Source: the human T2T-CHM13v2.0 reference genome, Homo sapiens | DNA: 64,000 bases | Direction: 5' to 3' (one strand) | Assembly (NCBI RefSeq): GCF_009914755.1 | Contig: NC_060929.1 | In this document: positions 59,030 to 64,000 of the stretch, piece after piece | Layout: every line of letters begins with the position of its first letter | Position numbering within the stretch: position 1 is the stretch's first letter | The notes under the pieces: model-generated | The model's database searches: none | Seen by the model: the letters and a program-made list of their open reading frames with translations, nothing else | What the model was told of the DNA's origin: nothing | Position numbers and translations under genes: made by a program

Positions 59030-60190
59030 TATCTCCCTTCTTTTCCTACTGGCCCAGTGGCCGGAGGAACTTAAATTGGCAAGGTGATCGACCAAGATTT
59101 TTGGTAAGTGCCCCTTGTGCAATTTGTTTTCTCTATGAACAGAGTTTTGGATCCTACTTACTAAGTGTGTGGTGACAGGAACATATATTTATCTGTAGGT
59201 CAGGGAGAAAGATGTTGATAAGGACTATCCTACTTCCACCACTCAGTTCTTAAACTTTTAATTGTTTTTGTCACAGGTCTGTTAACTCTCCTGCTCTCTG
59301 TTATAATGTTCAAAAGAACCTTGACCATCTTGATATTCTACAAACGTCATGTTGACCCACTATGTTAAGGATAGATCTGCTAATTCAACCAGGGAAGTAG
59401 TAAGTTACATGTATTCTATGTACTCTTACCTGGTGAGAAAGATACAGGCAAACCAGAGGGTAAGATATAAACCTTTCAAATATTAGTTGATCTGCCACAC
59501 TTGTGATGTTTAAGTGAGTCTAGTGGTCCATCCCCAGGTAATTTTTCTAATTTATGAAATTTGTTTTGTACTTTGAGCCTCCAGCCACTAAAATAAAAAG
59601 ATGTAACATTTAGTGGGCCTCTTGGATTTTGGAGGGGTTATGGATACTACTCTGACGCTTTACACAGTGTTTTAGAAGGTTGCTGGTTTTAAGTGGAGCA
59701 GAGAGCAAGAGAGGGCTCTGCATTTGAACAGCAGCCTACGAATTGGGCATATAATCTTGCAGGTCTGATGGTGCTAGGTGTACCTCAGGCAGATAATAAC
59801 GCTTGGTGAAATCATGAAAGGTTCCCTACAACCGGCTGGTAGAAGTTAAAAAAAACTCAGGCCTGGTTAACAGTTTGGTGTGCTCTGTTGTTGCTATGGA
59901 AAATAGACTGCTGTCTCTTAACAGTGACTCCCCTCTCCTCTTAAACTGACCCTAAAGGGCATTGTTGATAGGATACACATCCAGTAGGCAGAGCTGTAAA
60001 TGATGCACTCAACCATCCAATATGTGTGGAAAGAAAGGTGGCTCAAAGTATGGAAATAATCTAATTATTTTCTGCAGTGTGGTTGAAGATTCGATCATAA
60101 GGTCGGGGTCCTGAAATAAATAATTTAAAAGATCAGGGCTAGGGAGTTCCATGAAAAATGAATATGGCTTATGCAGACTCTTTAATAATG
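59030..60190 (+). mobile_element. Decayed ERVL pol (RT/RNase H) remnant
   Basis: 59265-59385 GTTAACTCTCCTGCTCTCTGTTATAAT...CTTGACCATCTTGATATT...CCACTATGTT resembles ERVL RT VNSPALCHN...LDHLDI...HYIDD; frameshifted. Confidence 0.7.
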
Positions 60191-60419
60191 GCTGAATTGG
60201 AGACTATGGAAAGAGTATCAAAGTGCTTTATTTGCAGAAAGAAATAATATTTATTCTAATTCCCATGGAAAAAAGGAAGCCATAGAGGTAGGTGGCTCTT
60301 TTTACTGTTTTAGGCAGCCAGTGTCACAGTTGAGAAATAATTTTCTAAGAAAATTCTCGGCAATTCTAAATATCTATTTTTTTTAGAATATTGATTTGGG
60401 AATTTCTCTGTTCTGCATC

Positions 60420-62490
60420 TACACTTCTTTTTTCGAAGGCAGCCACCCACATCCACAACTTAAATGCCATCTATATACTGAAGACACCTATATTCAATAT
60501 TTAGATCACTGGAGAGGAGGCAAGTCTGCTTGCAAGATAAAGATGGAGCAGCCAAGGATATAGAAAGACTGAGAGGAAAGAGTACAAGCTCAAAAGCTAG
60601 TCAAGAGATGGGAACATGTGCGAAAGGAAGGGGAAATTTCAATTGTATTGAATGTTGTTGCTAAGTCAAACAAAATTAGGAATCAGAAAAAGCTTTTTTG
60701 GAATTTCATAATGTGAAGTTGTTACAAGATATTGCTAATATCAAAGCAATGCATTGGAGTTGTGAGGGCAAAATGTAGATGAAGATTAACTGAAGAGTGA
60801 ATAAGAAATGTGAAGGTGAAAACATTCTAAATCTGCTAAGAATCCCCAAAATAATTTTAAATGTTATGAAAAATATGTATTACATTTTACATCTTGACAT
60901 CAGGCATAATTTTGTCATATGTTAAATAATAAATACTAATCTTCAGTATTGCTTTACCAGAATAATTTATCCTTCCAGTCTTTTCTTGCCAATTTTTGAT
61001 CTACATATATCAAATGCACATTAACCCATTGCTATTTTTCTATTTTAACAAACTCTTCAGTCTCCTACCCTGTCATTGTGAATCTTCTGACTAATCAAAA
61101 AATAATAATTAGCATTTATTGAGACATAGTGTCTATTTTACCTGTAATATTTCATTGTATTCTCATAGCAATCTAATGGCAAATAAATTATTTTTACTAT
61201 CATTCAATCTGAAACTCAAAGTCATGAAATGTGTAAGTAGGAGAAGTGTGTTTCAAAACCATTTTTTTCTGACTCAGTATCTGTTTTTTGGACCACAGCT
61301 CTCTATTAAATCTTCACTGATCATTTCAACTACCTTCCCATTTAAATTCCTCATCCCATGAGCATCCCATGAATTAGCACTTCCAAGACATCATGACCGT
61401 GAAGTACCCTCTATGTCACTGCCCTCTTCCTTGCTTAGCCATCAACCTTGCCTTACACATCACTAGAATCATCTAGACCAAAAAGACATTAAGATTCATA
61501 GGCATTTGATTTGCCAATCGCATTGTAATTTTCTACTTAAAAACTCAACTATTTGCTTCCTTGTCCTCAGTTTCAAGGGACAGGTGCACTTTTTTTTTTT
61601 TTTGGAAACTTATATTCATGGCCTCTGCTTTGGGTTCTATCCTCTCCTGTCTTAGTACTGAAATGTTTCTGTAGGTTTAGGACATTCCCTCTTCTACAAT
61701 TTTACTTCTCTTTCCAGTCACTCTTCTGTCTCTACATATAAAAATAAAGTACTTTCCACAGTAAGTAAAATGTAACAACAACAAAATTCCCAAATCTGTG
61801 CACTCCTGCAACTATCGCACTATGTATTTATTCATGTTTATCTCTGTATTCTGCCTCCTTTTATTCAAATTTTCCTCACCCAGGCTCTTCAATCACATGC
61901 AAACAGGTATCTTTCTCTCTTGGGCAGCTTTAACCAATGGTGCCAATAGCCAAATGTAATGGAAACTTCATATTTCTGACTTTATTTGATGTTTGTTGTA
62001 TCAAGTATTATTAAGCATTTTCACCTTCTCTAAACTCTTTCCTCTACTGAAATTTTGTCATGGTTCACCTTATATCACTAGAAAACATTCCTCTCTATGT
62101 ATTTTATGGGTTCTAAAGTTCCGTTCAAACTTAAGCACTGAATTAAACAGAAAGCTCTTAGCTGTTATCAATTGTGTTATTCCTAACATATAATAGGTAT
62201 CCAATAAATGCTTGTTGTCCAAGGAATATATGATTACTTTCTTCGTCATCTCTTCCCTAGGCTTACATCATTCTTTCCTTATTTTTATCTTATTTGTTTT
62301 GTCTGCTTTTTATCTCAATTACAGACTCCACATTACATGTTCTCCCATTCATTTTTTATAGGTCTCTCTTCACTCTACGTATATGGATACCTATGAGGGT
62401 TGGAACCTTTTTTCTGTTTTGGTCTTTGCTGTGTACCTAGCTCCTAGCCTGGCACATAGTAGGCATTCAAAATATAATAATTAAATAAAG
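60420..62490. mobile_element. Mosaic of L2 and MIR relics
   Basis: TTAAATGCCATCTATATACTGAAGAC (L2); AATAATTAGCATTTATTGAG (antisense MIR near 61105); L2 3' end GCCTGGCACATAGTAGGCATTCAA near 62450. Confidence 0.6.
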
Positions 62491-63324
62491 TAAATACATT
62501 AATTAATTAATAAATCAGTGTAAAACGACCTTCACAATATGACTTTAGCTGCCATAAAGAAACTATTATAATATTCTCCCGAGGACTCTCCAGCTCAGTG
62601 TGTTATTTTTCTAATTTCAAAGCATTTTTCATTTGTATCTGATGTTGTGGATTCTTGACACATTCATATAGCCATTTATTGGTCACTTACTTTATCAATC
62701 CTCATCTATATCCCACTAGCTTCAACATATTCACATTAAATATTCTATCTCCTATTAAAAATCCGTTCACTCTGACACAACAGATCTTAAAATGCAAATC
62801 TTATGTTCTCTCTTACTTCAGATTCTATGAATTCCCCCTTGGTTGAAATGAAGTTCATTGCATCAATGAAGATAAGTTTTTAATATTTGTCTCTACTAAA
62901 TTAATAGTCTCATCAATCACTGGTACCCCCCCCAAATAAATATGAAGAAAAATTTTAAAAAACAGTATCAATGACCTAGCAAGAAAGCAAGCAGATGAAA
63001 ACAAACCATTCTAAAATATATCACTCTGGTGTAAAACAGAAAAAGGGAAAAGAAATACAGAACAGAGGTGTTTTTTCATGCCTGAGGTGTGAGGAAAAAA
63101 CTGTGAAAACGTCCCTAAGCCCCGCTTCCCCAGCTGACTTTCTTAACCCTCGCATATAAAAGTTATTAGCAAATAACTAGCTTAGGAAGAATATCACTCT
63201 GACAATAATTGAAACATGTTTATGGATATTTTATAATACAATTTTTAAAAAGCTAAAAATAATGAATAGATAAAAAAAGACATAAAAAGTGTACATCACA
63301 ATTATTGAATCAGAAATTAGAATA

Positions 63325-63653
63325 GCTGGGCACAGTGGCTCGTGCCTGTAATCCCAACACTTTGGGAGGCTGAGGCGGGCGGATCACTTGAGGTCAGGAG
63401 TTCGAGACCAGCCTGGCCAACATGGTGCAACCCCATCTCTACTGAAAATGCAAAATTAGCGGGCGTGGTGGCACACATCTGTAATCCCAGCTACTCTGGA
63501 GGCTGAAGCAGGGGAGTCACTTGAACCCATGAGGCAGAGGTTGCAGAGCCAAAATGGTGCCACTGCACTCCAGCCGAGGTGTCAAAGTGAGACTCTGCCT
63601 AAAAAAATTCAAAAAAAAAAAAAAAGAAAAGAAAAAGAAACAGGAGAAAAGAA
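63325..63653 (+). mobile_element. AluS (Sz/Sx-like)
   Basis: Full dimer with A/G-rich tail; TSD AGAAATTAGAATA (63312-63324) / AGAAATGAGAATA (63654-63666). Confidence 0.92.
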
Positions 63654-64000
63654 AGAAATGAGAATAATCTGATACTTATTTGTTTTCTATGCTATGGCAG
63701 AGATTAAAGAAAATAGTTTTCTTTGAAAAAGGTGCTCAAATAGGAGGTTCAAGGACTCATATAAAAATAATGAGATAACAAAAGCCATTAAAAAGTGTCC
63801 TTTCAGAACTCAGGAATGAAAGGAATATGAAAGGAAAAGAAAAACAAATCTATAGAATGCTACAAGCTGAAAAGTAAAAAAAAGGAAAGACTAAAACCAT
63901 AGTTAAACAGAGGAATGATTTGAGAAAATAACAATAGGGAAAATAAAGATTTATGTATTATTTGGGAGGAAATAATAGCTATATATGGAACAAAAAAAAT

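Overview
AT-rich, repeat-dense primate (simian, human-like) genomic DNA with no recognisable protein-coding gene, rRNA, tRNA or CRISPR array. The supplied ORFs are explained by Alu/L1/LTR fragments, simple repeats or chance. Content: about 14 Alu copies (J and S families); young and ancient L1 fragments, including a twin-primed 5'-inverted L1PA with a 14-bp TSD and a likely 16-nt 3' transduction; L2/MIR relics; MaLR LTRs (THE1, MST, MLT1), MLT2 and ERV1 solo LTRs; three decayed ERVL internal remnants; hAT-Tip100 DNA transposon relics; a 34-nt U2 snRNA 5' retro-fragment; and long simple repeats (1 kb AT-rich palindromic array, 0.5 kb polypyrimidine tract, 1 kb GACATA higher-order minisatellite). 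I found no evidence of a new gene-encoded system. The most notable signal is a set of templated-copy and fold-back scars, the clearest being a ~280-bp local copy inserted into an MLT1A LTR with a 22-bp flanking duplication and mosaic junctions (33.3-33.7 kb). Repeat subfamily names come from recall of consensus sequences, not from a RepeatMasker/Dfam run, and boundaries of old elements are approximate.
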